Shown here piece by piece: positions 53,134 through 63,560 of a stretch of DNA of 64,000 bases. A program made the translations under genes and the position numbers. The notes below the pieces were generated by a model. It was not told where the DNA came from. It searched no databases and saw only the letters and a program-made list of their open reading frames with translations. Origin of the DNA: Azospirillum sp. 51_20 (GTDB taxonomy: Bacteria > Pseudomonadota > Alphaproteobacteria > RF32 > CAG-239). Within the stretch, counting starts at the first letter, position 1; each line of letters starts with the position of its first letter. The stretch covers positions 817-64,816 of the forward strand of contig MNTV01000026.1 of the NCBI GenBank assembly GCA_001917175.1, written 5' to 3'.

Positions 53134-53760
53134 TCAGGCGTTTTCCTTCTTGAGCCTGTAACCGTTGTCTTCGGTCATGATAACCTGTTCCGGCCGTTCG
53201 ATTTTCTGACGCAGGCGGTAAATATGGGTTTCCACCGTATGGGTGGTGGCTTCCGGATTATAACCCCACACTTCCGCCAGTAATTCGGCCTTGCCGACGA
53301 TCTTGTCGCCGGCCTTGTACAGATATTTCAGAATTGCCGTTTCCCGCTCGGTCAGCTTGATCGGCTCCCGGCCGTCGGGATAGCAGACTTCCCGAGCGGC
53401 AACATTGAGCCGGCAGCCGCACAGCGGCAGTTCGCCGCCGGCCGGCGGCGCGGCATTGACCGCCGTATGAAGGGCATCAATCAGCGCCTCCAGCCGAAAC
53501 GGCTTGCGCACGACACGGACACCTTCGTCTTCCGGCAGTTCGGTTTCTCCCGACCACAGCAAAAACAACGGCGTCTGCAACAGTTTTTCGTGCAGGCTCC
53601 GCAGCTTTTCGGCGTCATCGTCAACCACGGCAGCATCAAAAACACCGTCTGAATCGTATTCTTCGCGCACCTCCCAGTCCGGGTGCCGCTCCAGCTGCGA
53701 CTTCAGATCTCCGGCAAAAACGGCGTTGGCGGAAATCAGCAGAATTTTGGCCATGGGCAC
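53134..53760 (-). CDS. OmpR-family winged-helix regulator with atypical receiver domain
   Basis: C-terminal trans_reg_C: LTERETAILKYLYKAGDKIVGKAELLAEVWGY...VETHIYRLRQKIE. The receiver-like N-terminus reads ILLISANAV where the DD acidic pair is expected. Confidence 0.8.
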   Translation of the reverse strand: MPMAKILLISANAVFAGDLKSQLERHPDWEVREEYDSDGVFDAAVVDDDAEKLRSLHEKLLQTPLFLLWSGETELPEDEGVRVVRKPFRLEALIDALHTAVNAAPPAGGELPLCGCRLNVAAREVCYPDGREPIKLTERETAILKYLYKAGDKIVGKAELLAEVWGYNPEATTHTVETHIYRLRQKIERPEQVIMTEDNGYRLKKENA

Positions 53761-53763
53761 CTC

Positions 53764-54876
53764 CTAAAACTTAAAGCCGATACCGGTGACAAAGGCATAG
53801 CCTTCGTTGCTTTCCGCCGCGTCGTATCCTTTAAACTCGCCGCGGGCAACCGCCGCTTGCAGCTCAAAATGCCGGTTCAGCTGATAGCGGCCGGAAAGCT
53901 GCACGATTTTGTCTTCATAATCGCGGCCGTCAGCCTTGGAATAAAAATAAGTCAGCGCGGTTTTGACCGGACCGATCTCATAGCCGACGCCGATATTGGC
54001 CGCCCAGGCGTCGCGATAAGCGTCAAACCCTTCCGGCCGGCGGGGAGAACGCACGTTCATGTCCGCATATTTGTGACTGACGAACGTCCGACGGATGCCG
54101 CCGCCAAAAGTCCAGCCTTTGTAATACAGGCTCAGACCGGCCGACAACTCGTCGTCAATATCTTCAAAATGAGCGGCGGCAAGCGAGGCCGACAAGCTGA
54201 CGTTGCCCAGTTCGCGGTTATGATAAACCGAAGCAATGTAACCGGCTTTGTCGTGATAAGGCGCATAACGGCTGATCAGACCGTCGCGGCTGAAACTTTC
54301 CGGCACAAAAGTCAGGCCGAACATGGTGCCGTCGAACTCGGGGCTGATATAGGTAATTTTGGGCGCGGTGCCGTCGGTGTTGATGTCGGTCGAATTGAGC
54401 GTGCGGTAGGCGGTGCCGCGGCGATTGCGCTGCCAGTTGGGGTTGGCGACAAAATTGACCAGATCGCTCTGATTGACGCCGAGAACGCCGGCATCCGGCG
54501 CGCCGACTCCGAGCTGATAAGCGGCATTGTAACTCTGACCGCCGACAACCCGGCCGAAAGGCGCATCCAAAATCAAATATGCCTCTTCGCCCCACGAACC
54601 GTGGTTGTAATCCTTCAGCTGCTGATCAAAACCATAGGCCAGATCAAGGTAGGCTCCAAGCTGATAGGAATCGTCAAAACTGTATTGCGCCAGCAGGCTG
54701 AGGTTGAAACGCGTCGGTAGATGGTAACGGGACCGGTGATAAGAATAGCGGGAATCGGGATGGCCGTATCCAAACAGCGTCCGCGCCTTTCCCATTGCCT
54801 CAAAAGTCCATTCCCCGGCCTCGGCCGCGGTACTGATCAAAGCCGCGCAAACGGCCGCTATCGCTGCTTTTTTCAT
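53764..54876 (-). CDS. outer-membrane porin (alphaproteobacterial type)
   Basis: Signal peptide MKKAAIAAVCAALISTAAEA. Alternating beta-strand pattern. C-terminal ...VTGIGFKF. Confidence 0.75.
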   Translation of the reverse strand: MKKAAIAAVCAALISTAAEAGEWTFEAMGKARTLFGYGHPDSRYSYHRSRYHLPTRFNLSLLAQYSFDDSYQLGAYLDLAYGFDQQLKDYNHGSWGEEAYLILDAPFGRVVGGQSYNAAYQLGVGAPDAGVLGVNQSDLVNFVANPNWQRNRRGTAYRTLNSTDINTDGTAPKITYISPEFDGTMFGLTFVPESFSRDGLISRYAPYHDKAGYIASVYHNRELGNVSLSASLAAAHFEDIDDELSAGLSLYYKGWTFGGGIRRTFVSHKYADMNVRSPRRPEGFDAYRDAWAANIGVGYEIGPVKTALTYFYSKADGRDYEDKIVQLSGRYQLNRHFELQAAVARGEFKGYDAAESNEGYAFVTGIGFKF

Positions 54877-55011
54877 CGTATTTTCCCCGTTTATTGCTTA
54901 TTGCTGCCAGTCTAAGGACTATTTTTCCGCTGTCAATAAAATATTTACTGGACAAAAAAATGCAAGCGTTGTAAAATGAAAGTATGAAAACAATTATTAA
55001 AAATAACTACT

Positions 55012-55224
55012 ATGTGCAGAAAAGAACAGGAATTGGAGTATCTCCAAGACGAAATCAGAGACGAATATTTAGATATGAACTGCTCTGAATTACGCGATCA
55101 AATTGCAGCCCTTCAACAGGATCAGGAAATGGACAAATACGAACGCAAAGTACGTTTGTCGGTCTTAAAAGAACTGTTGCAGGACGCCCGCATCGACCGC
55201 GACACGTTCTTTGAGAACGACTGA
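55012..55224 (+). CDS. hypothetical small acidic protein
   Basis: 70 codons, followed by a clean terminator. Confidence 0.45.
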   Translation: MCRKEQELEYLQDEIRDEYLDMNCSELRDQIAALQQDQEMDKYERKVRLSVLKELLQDARIDRDTFFEND

Positions 55225-55244
55225 GATTTTCTTAAAAAAAAACA

Positions 55245-55279
55245 AAAGCTCTCCGACCGCCCGGTTTGAGAGCTTTTTT
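55245..55279 (+). terminator. rho-independent terminator
   Basis: aaagctctc ... gagagcttt followed by a T-run. Confidence 0.65.
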
Positions 55280-55483
55280 ATGGCTGCCGCATAAGCGGGC
55301 AAACGGGCGGTACATCTGCCGGAATTGCATCGTTTGCAGACTGGAAAGGCGGGGCAAAGCGGTCAACAGCCCGGCCTCGGCCGGTGAAAATTTATTTTCG
55401 GACAGATACGGCATTTTTTGCTGGAAAGCGGAGAAAATAAGTATATATATAGAAAGAGTATCAATTTTATAACAGGAGAAACC

Positions 55484-55867
55484 ATGAAAAAATTATGCGC
55501 TCTTTTTCTCGGCCTGATGCTGGCCGCGTGCAGCAAAGATCCGGCCTCGCAGATCAAAGGCAACGATTATATTCTGCTCGACGCGCCGGAAGGAATGGAA
55601 ATTTCCCTCTCGTTTGACGCCGAAGCGCCCAAATTTTACGGCCAGGCCGTCAACCGCTATTTCGGCAACTATGAATTAAACGGCGACAAGATCAAGTTTT
55701 CGGCCATCGGCTCGACCATGATGGCGGCGCCGGAACCGATGATGAAGGCGGAAACCGAATATTTCAAAAACCTCGGCAACATCGAAACCGTTTCTTTCGA
55801 AGACGGCAACCTGGTACTGAAAGGCGGCGACACGACGCTGAAATTCGAACAGGTCGACCCGGAATAA
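55484..55867 (+). CDS. META-domain (HslJ-like) lipoprotein
   Basis: Start at ATG 55484 after AGGAGA. Lipobox LMLAAC. AVNRYFGNYELNGDKIKFSAIGSTMMA is a typical META motif. Confidence 0.75.
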   Translation: MKKLCALFLGLMLAACSKDPASQIKGNDYILLDAPEGMEISLSFDAEAPKFYGQAVNRYFGNYELNGDKIKFSAIGSTMMAAPEPMMKAETEYFKNLGNIETVSFEDGNLVLKGGDTTLKFEQVDPE

Positions 55868-55902
55868 TACAAACGGAAAATCTGCCCGGACATCCGGTGC
55901 GG

Positions 55903-55937
55903 CAGGCGGAGAAAACGAAATTTCCCCGCCTGTTTTT
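55903..55937 (+). terminator. rho-independent terminator
   Basis: caggcgg ... ccgcctg followed by ttttt. The T-run is the first part of the 20-bp direct repeat. Confidence 0.6.
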
Positions 55938-55952
55938 ATTTGCAAATATTTT
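55933..55952 (+). repeat. 20-bp direct repeat, left copy
   Basis: tttttatttgcaaatatttt, identical to 56681-56700. Confidence 0.9.
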
Positions 55953-55983
55953 CAGGAACCCACCGGTTTTGTATATTAAGCAT

Positions 55984-56030
55984 TTACTTTTGTAACATTT
56001 TATGTTATACATATAATGTTACAAAAGTAA
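55984..56030. promoter_or_regulatory. perfect 16-bp inverted repeat (operator or hairpin candidate)
   Basis: TTACTTTTGTAACATT (55984-55999), 15-nt spacer, AATGTTACAAAAGTAA (56015-56030). Lies 35 nt upstream of the SAA-like gene. Confidence 0.45.
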
Positions 56031-56064
56031 CATGGTTTTAACATAAACACTTAAGGAACATAAC

Positions 56065-56634
56065 ATGGATTATAACAACAAATGGGTACGAGACGCCGCC
56101 CGGCAATGGATCAACGATTTGGTGCAGGATGGCACAATTCCGGCCTCTTATGCCACAAAAACGCATACACCGGACTACCAACCACCGGTCAGCCCATCAC
56201 AAGCACCTCATCAGCCATATTCAGAACAAATAGCAGAAAAGATTGCAAGAAATGCCAGACATATATTTTTAGAAACCAATCCGGTTTATCGAGTTGGTGA
56301 AACTTTCGGAACATTACATGCAGCTAAACAGGAAATGGACGCCGTAAATGCTGTCGGTTATGACAATTACGCACACAGACTCGGAATGTGCATTAACGGA
56401 CAGGGAGGTCCGGACCAATATATATATGGTGCCTTTTTAGGCGGCCTAAAAGAAGGTTACGATATTGTTCGAAAAATATGGAAAGGGCATCCTGTGATAG
56501 AAACATTACAAGATTCTTATAAGGATATGGACAATAATATTGAAGCTCTGAATTATGGTCTGTTGCACCCGAATGACAATTGCAGAAACTGGTTAAAAGA
56601 TTTTGATTATAAAAACAATCGATGGAGAAAATGA
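56065..56634 (+). CDS. serum-amyloid-A-like domain protein
   Basis: [27 protein letters not shown]...KEGYDI...[16 protein letters not shown] parallels vertebrate SAA [29 protein letters not shown]...RENIQ...DSLADQAANEWGRSG. Sits in a low-GC context. Confidence 0.5.
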   Translation: [189 protein letters not shown]

Positions 56635-56680
56635 CCATAAGTTTTTTCAATTAAATAAGGAACCGACAACGGTTCCTCAT

Positions 56681-56700
56681 TTTTTATTTGCAAATATTTT
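56681..56700 (+). repeat. 20-bp direct repeat, right copy
   Basis: tttttatttgcaaatatttt, directly after the terminator hairpin ggaacc-gacaac-ggttcc of the SAA-like gene. Confidence 0.9.
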
Positions 56701-57429
56701 TTTTTATTATACACTAACGACAAGGAAATTCATCAACGGCCGGTTCATCAACGGTTTTCGGGAAAAACAACGTGGCAGAAGACAATCAGGAAATCAAAAG
56801 TTCAAAATTTTACCGCTTTCTCAAAAAAATCGGTTTAATTTATTTGAGAATATCGCAAGTTATTCTGATTTTAGGCCTTTTGCTGGTGTTGTACGGAATG
56901 TTTGTTTTTGAACCGCAGCACCAATAAAAGAAAGCAAACTTCATGTCTGAAAACAAAACAAACAAAAGCCGGATATGGGAAGAATTCAAAATCTGCTGCA
57001 AATGGACCTTTAATGCCGCGGCAATAATAATAGTTACCGCCGCCATAGTCGGCGGCTTTATTTTATCCTTATAAACAACGGACAAACGCGGAAGAGTTCC
57101 GCCGGCACATATTTTCGGCAGCTTCGGAGACCGGCTTCGCGCAAAAAGCCGGGCAACAAATTTTTACCGGCAGGCACAGGCATTTGAAACATAAATTTCT
57201 GCCGGTTGACGCAGGGAGTCCAAACTCAAACGCCCGGCAGAGCATCCTCTGTTCGACAAGATATGCGACAAAACACAAAGCGTATCTGCCCCGAAACATA
57301 AATTTTCATTCGCCGGAAAGAGCGGCGATGACCGTTTCAAACCGCAAAAGCCCGGCTTCAATACTCCGCGAATTTACCGGACGGGTCGAGATGTCCGCAT
57401 TCATCCGCCGGACCGGGCGCCTAAAGCAT

Positions 57430-57460
57430 AAAAAAAGGGAGATGAAAATCTCCCTTTTTT
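57430..57460. terminator. bidirectional rho-independent terminator (ends tig)
   Basis: A-run, gggagat-gaaa-atctccc, then a T-run. Confidence 0.7.
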
Positions 57461-57486
57461 ATTTTATCGTTGCTGCAAGACGCCGA

Positions 57487-58848
57487 CTATTTGGCAGCGG
57501 CCTTTTTCTTTTTGGCCGGCTTGGCATCTTCGTCAAAAGAATACAGTTCTTCGACCGAAACGATTTTTTCTTCGACCTTGGCCTTGCCCAGCACGAAGTC
57601 GATGATTTTTTCTTCAAACACCGGCGCACGCAGAGCTTCTACCGCCTTGGCGTTTTTCAGATAGAAATCGAAAACGGTCTTTTCCTGTCCCGGATATTTC
57701 TTCGCTTCGTTCATAATCGCCTTGTTCAGGTCGTCGGCGGTTACGGTAACTTTGGCTTCGGCGCCGACTTCGGAAAGCAGCAGACCGAGTTTGACGCGGC
57801 GGACGGCAATCTGCTTATATTCCTTCATCAGTTCTTCTTCCGGGGTATTCTTTTCGTGCTCGTCAAGCTGGTTCAGCTCCTTGGCGCGTTTATACTGGGC
57901 TTCGATCGATTTGAACTCTTCTTCGACCAGGCTTTCCGGAACGTCAAATTTGTAAGCTTCGTCAAGCTTGTCCAGCAGGCTGCGTTTCAGCTTCAGTTTG
58001 GAGGCGTTTTCATAATCTGCCTTAATGCGGTTTTTGATGCTTTCCTTCAAAGCGTCCAGGCTTTCTTCGCCGACGGACTTGGCAAATTCATCATTAACCT
58101 CAATCGCTTTCGGTTCGCGGATTTCCTTTACCTCAACCGCAAAAACGGCGTCTTTGCCGGCCAAGTCCTTGGCATGATAGTTGTCGGGGAATTTGACCTT
58201 GACGTCAATCTTGTCGCCGGCTTTGGCATTGATCAGCTGGTCTTCAAAACCGGGGATAAAAGTGTTGGAGCCGAGCTCAAGCGGATAGTCGCTGCCTTTG
58301 CCGCCCTGAAATTCGACGCCGTCAATCGAACCGCAGAAATCGATGACCAGGGTGTCGCCTTTTTTGGCCTGACGGCCGGCATCTTCAACTTTTACCGTTT
58401 CGCGGCGGGAGCTGACGATATACTGCAAAGCCTTTTCGACTTCTTCGGCAGGAACTTCGGCCATCAGCTTTTCGACTTTGACGTCGGAAAAATCGCCGAC
58501 TTTAATTTCCGGCAGGGTTTCGGCTTCCATATCAAATTCGATGTCTTTGCCTTCGTCAAATTTGGTGATGCTGATGCTCGGACGCAAAGCCAGTTTCAGC
58601 TTGTTTTCCTTGACCACTTCGTCGGCGGCGTCGCGGACCATTTCGTCCAGAGCCTCGCCCATAACCGAAGCGCGGTATTTCTGTTTCAACATTTCTTTGG
58701 GGGCTTTGCCCGGACGGAAACCCGGAAGTTTGACGTTTTTGGCGACTTCGTTCAGTTTCTTCTCGACTTTTGCCTCAAAGTCTCTGTTTTCAATAACCAC
58801 CTGATATTTTTTCTTCAGGCCTTCTGCTTTTTGTTCTGTTACCTTCAT
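57487..58848 (-). CDS. tig: trigger factor
   Basis: Start at ATG 58848 (MKVTEQKAEGLKKKYQVVI...LPGFRPGKAPKEML). The listed ORF start at 58962 reads through the tRNA gene. Confidence 0.95.
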   Translation of the reverse strand: MKVTEQKAEGLKKKYQVVIENRDFEAKVEKKLNEVAKNVKLPGFRPGKAPKEMLKQKYRASVMGEALDEMVRDAADEVVKENKLKLALRPSISITKFDEGKDIEFDMEAETLPEIKVGDFSDVKVEKLMAEVPAEEVEKALQYIVSSRRETVKVEDAGRQAKKGDTLVIDFCGSIDGVEFQGGKGSDYPLELGSNTFIPGFEDQLINAKAGDKIDVKVKFPDNYHAKDLAGKDAVFAVEVKEIREPKAIEVNDEFAKSVGEESLDALKESIKNRIKADYENASKLKLKRSLLDKLDEAYKFDVPESLVEEEFKSIEAQYKRAKELNQLDEHEKNTPEEELMKEYKQIAVRRVKLGLLLSEVGAEAKVTVTADDLNKAIMNEAKKYPGQEKTVFDFYLKNAKAVEALRAPVFEEKIIDFVLGKAKVEEKIVSVEELYSFDEDAKPAKKKKAAAK

Positions 58849-58883
58849 TTTCTTCTCTGTCATAAAATGTTGAAACCAATGTC

Positions 58884-58968
58884 TGGTGCGGGCGAAGGGA
58901 CTTGAACCCCCACGACTTGCGTCATCAGAACCTAAATCTGACGTGTCTGCCAGTTCCACCACGCCCGC
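58884..58968 (-). tRNA. tRNA-Leu (anticodon UAG), class II with long variable arm, CCA encoded
   Basis: Minus-strand sequence GCGGGCG-TG-GTG..CAC-G-TCAGA-TTTAGGT-TCTGA-TGACGCAAGTCGTG-GGGGG-TTCAAGT-CCCTT-CGCCCGC-A-CCA folds as a cloverleaf. Confidence 0.85.
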
Positions 58969-59128
58969 ACTTAAATAAAATTCTTCAAAATACTACTCAA
59001 AATATTTTATAAATCAAGCCCTAAATCGCAAAAAGCCACCGGAGAAGCGTTCTAAGCACTTGCAAAATGTGAAGAAATATGTAATATGCCGCTAAACGGA
59101 CGAAACAGATTTTTTTTACAGGAAAAAC

Positions 59129-60718
<1,590 letters not shown>

Positions 60719-60723
60719 AACGC

Positions 60724-60765
60724 AACTCCCCTGCAGCCGCCGGCCGACAGGGGAGTTTAATTATT
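60724..60765 (+). terminator. hairpin terminator of prfC
   Basis: aactcccctg ... caggggagtt followed by an AT-rich tail. Confidence 0.55.
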
Positions 60766-60842
60766 GCCGAAGCTGACGTTCATTATACATCACGGCAACA
60801 ATAACGATTTTAAAACGCATTGCATCAACATGCACGGTTTTG

Positions 60843-61118
60843 CTACTTATTAATGCCTTCGAGACCTTGCAGCCAATAAATACATATCCAAAATCCCATA
60901 CACACCACCACTATGATCTTCAGCAGCAAAGCCAGTTTGTTCCGTTCTGCAACAAACGGCATTTTCAGAAGAACAAGCGCAGCCGACAACAGCAGCACGA
61001 AGAATACGAAAATTGTTCCTATTTCCATAAATTTTGCAATATAAAGGTTAATAATTATCATTATAAAAATTTTATCAAACAATCCGAAAATAACATTTTT
61101 TAAAAAAAAGTCAACCAT
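60843..61118 (-). CDS. hypothetical small membrane protein in an AT-rich patch
   Basis: About 91 codons from ATG 61118, with three hydrophobic segments. Local GC is clearly below the window average. Sits directly downstream of comEC. Confidence 0.35.
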   Translation of the reverse strand: MVDFFLKNVIFGLFDKIFIMIIINLYIAKFMEIGTIFVFFVLLLSAALVLLKMPFVAERNKLALLLKIIVVVCMGFWICIYWLQGLEGINK

Positions 61119-61139
61119 TTTGGACAAAAAAAACAAAAA

Positions 61140-63092
61140 TCACCGGTTCCACGGACGGCGGCCGATATACCCGCGCACGGTTTCCATCCGCAAGTGACCG
61201 TCACGTTCATAAAAGCCGGCGCCCAAAGTTTCGTTTCGGTCAAAAAAGCGGCCGTCGACCAGCACGCCCCTGCCCGGCACCGGTTCAACCCGTCCGGGAT
61301 ACAGCGGATTATAAATATCCCGCCGGTTCTTTTCCTCTTCCGCCGCATATTTGCTCAGCCAGTTCTGCTTGTTCCAGCGGGAAGCGCCGGGCAGGAAAAA
61401 GTATTTGCCGTTGCGGCGGTTCAAAACCACCATGGTTTTGCCCTGCCGGTCGACAATAATGTCCGGCTTATCCACCGCCGCCATGGCAAGCATGCCGACA
61501 ACAACGGCCGCCGTTCCCCATATCCGCCAGCTTCCGCGCCACAGGCAAAGCCAGAGGCCGCCGAGACTGATCAGCACCAACGCCCAGACCGGCATCGAAA
61601 CGGCGCCGCCGGTCGCATGAGGCAGCGAAGCCACCCAAACCGTCAGCCGGTTGGTAAGCGACAGGCCGAAGCCGACGATTTTGAGCGGCAGCCATTCCAG
61701 ACCGAAAGGCATGGCCAAAAGAAACACCAGCACAAAGGGCATAATTACGAATCCGATCAGCGGACCGGACAGCAGGTTGGTCAGACTGCTGTAATAATCG
61801 AGCTGGTTAAAGTGATAAATGCCAAACGGCAGGGTGGCAACCGAAGCGACAAGATCGGCAATCACCGTGCCGGCGAAATAGGCAAACAGCCCGCGGCCGA
61901 TTTTGGCCGGCAGAGAAACTTCTTCTCCGCTCAGAAAGCGGTTGAGGCGGCCGGCATATTTTTCATAAAAAGCCACCAGCGCAAACACCGCGGCAAAAGA
62001 CATCTGAAAACTGGCGCCGACAAGAGCTTCGGGCGTGACGACCAAAACGATCAGCGCCGCCCATGTCAGCGTGCGCACGGAAATCGCCTGCCGCTCGAAC
62101 AATACCGCCAGCAGCACCACCAAAGTCATGATAAAAGCCCTTTGCGCGGGGATCGCCGCGCCCGAAATCACCAGATAAACCGCGCCGATGAAAATGGCAA
62201 GGACGGCGGCAACCTTTTTGGAATTATAGCGAAGCGAAAGCGGCGGGATCAGAGCCATCACCATCCGCACCAGGAAAAACATCAGTCCCGCCAGCATGCT
62301 CATATGCAAACCGGAAATGGAAAGGAAATGCGCCAGACCGGAATTGCGGTAAGCGTCAATCAACGGACGGCTGATTTTGGTCTGGTCGCCGGCGACGATC
62401 GCCACCGCAACCGCAGCTTCATCCGGCGGCAGAATATTGTAAATCCGCTCGACGATCGACCGGCGCAGCGCCGCCGCGCGGTCGGCAAGCCGAGGAGAAG
62501 AATCCGGACACTTAACCGGCAGCACTTCACTCGGAATATAACCGGTGCCGGTTATGCCGTCAAAAAACAGCCGGCGGTCGAACTGATAGCCGTCGGCCAG
62601 CGACGGAGGAAACGGCGGAGAAACCGCCGCCACCATTTCCACGCAGTCGCCGACTTCAAGCCCCGGATCCCGGTGGATCATGCTCAGCCGATAGCGCCCG
62701 GCGACCGGATTGTCTTCAAAATCGTACATTTCTCCGAGCACGATCCGGGGACGCCCGCGGTAATTGGTGTCAAGCCGGTCAATGCGGCCCCGCAGGTAAA
62801 GCTTGCCGTCTTCAGCCGGCGGCGCCTTGCGGGAAAGGCAAAAACTTTTCAACTGAACGTCGGCAAAACCGGCGGTTGCCAGCAGCAACAGCAAAACGAC
62901 ACCGCGGACAACCGGACGACGGCGGAAAAGCCACAAGAGAGGCAGCAGGGCAAACGGCGCGGCAGCCGTCCACAGCGGCGGTTCCGAGGGCAGCGCGAAA
63001 TAAACGCCGATACCGGCGGCAAAGAAAACCGGCACCCACAAAAACCAACGGGTCCGTTCATATAAAAAGCAGGATTTCAGTTCTGACCACAA
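61140..63092 (-). CDS. comEC: ComEC/Rec2-family DNA internalisation channel protein
   Basis: Polytopic membrane protein with the competence-domain motif GLAHFLSISGLHMSMLAGLMFF. 650 aa. Confidence 0.9.
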   Translation of the reverse strand: MWSELKSCFLYERTRWFLWVPVFFAAGIGVYFALPSEPPLWTAAAPFALLPLLWLFRRRPVVRGVVLLLLLATAGFADVQLKSFCLSRKAPPAEDGKLYLRGRIDRLDTNYRGRPRIVLGEMYDFEDNPVAGRYRLSMIHRDPGLEVGDCVEMVAAVSPPFPPSLADGYQFDRRLFFDGITGTGYIPSEVLPVKCPDSSPRLADRAAALRRSIVERIYNILPPDEAAVAVAIVAGDQTKISRPLIDAYRNSGLAHFLSISGLHMSMLAGLMFFLVRMVMALIPPLSLRYNSKKVAAVLAIFIGAVYLVISGAAIPAQRAFIMTLVVLLAVLFERQAISVRTLTWAALIVLVVTPEALVGASFQMSFAAVFALVAFYEKYAGRLNRFLSGEEVSLPAKIGRGLFAYFAGTVIADLVASVATLPFGIYHFNQLDYYSSLTNLLSGPLIGFVIMPFVLVFLLAMPFGLEWLPLKIVGFGLSLTNRLTVWVASLPHATGGAVSMPVWALVLISLGGLWLCLWRGSWRIWGTAAVVVGMLAMAAVDKPDIIVDRQGKTMVVLNRRNGKYFFLPGASRWNKQNWLSKYAAEEEKNRRDIYNPLYPGRVEPVPGRGVLVDGRFFDRNETLGAGFYERDGHLRMETVRGYIGRRPWNR

Positions 63093-63206
63093 CGGCGGTT
63101 CCTTCGGCGGTATTTTTTTATTCCAGATTTAGCGCATAAATAAAAAAGTGCCAAACATTTTTTGTTCGGCACTTTTCGTTTCGGCATTTTACATACCGTC
63201 TGCAAA

Positions 63207-63503
63207 TCAGTCCAGCAGGATTTCCAGCCGTCTTCTCGCGTCTTCAAGATACGCCGCGCCGACAATGATGACATTGACGGTCAGGCTCGACACGAAAGGC
63301 ATCAGGTCTTCGCTGACGATAACCGTGCCGGCGTTTTTGAAAGCGGGCATGTTGAGCGGAAAATCGTCGGCAACGAAAACGGCCTCGGCGTCATAATAAG
63401 AAAGCCAGGGATCAGCCATGCGGTCTGCTTCCAGTCTTTCGTTTCCCTGAAAAAGTTCCGGCGAGAACTCGGACAATTCTGCTAAAATTTCTCTTATCGT
63501 CAT
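63207..63503 (-). CDS. hypothetical protein
   Basis: 98-codon ORF with ordinary composition. No family recognised. Confidence 0.45.
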   Translation of the reverse strand: MTIREILAELSEFSPELFQGNERLEADRMADPWLSYYDAEAVFVADDFPLNMPAFKNAGTVIVSEDLMPFVSSLTVNVIIVGAAYLEDARRRLEILLD

Positions 63504-63560
63504 ACTCTAATTAATTAATAATGTTTATTGTTTTTAAGTATAACGCATTTTCTCCGGTTG

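Noticed and set aside
57184-58905. 573-codon + strand ORF overlapping tig
   Set aside because: It is antisense to trigger factor and crosses a terminator and the tRNA-Leu gene. Its F/L/G-rich composition marks it as an artefact. The same reasoning applies to 59021..60280 (-) in prfC, 61194..63065 (+) in comEC, 44915..46150 (+), 27784..29004 (+) and 30458..32050 (+).
58849-58962. N-terminal extension of the tig ORF (MVELADTSDLGSDDASRGGSSPFARTRH...)
   Set aside because: This segment is the translation of the co-oriented tRNA-Leu gene. The conserved trigger-factor N-terminus begins at ATG 58848.
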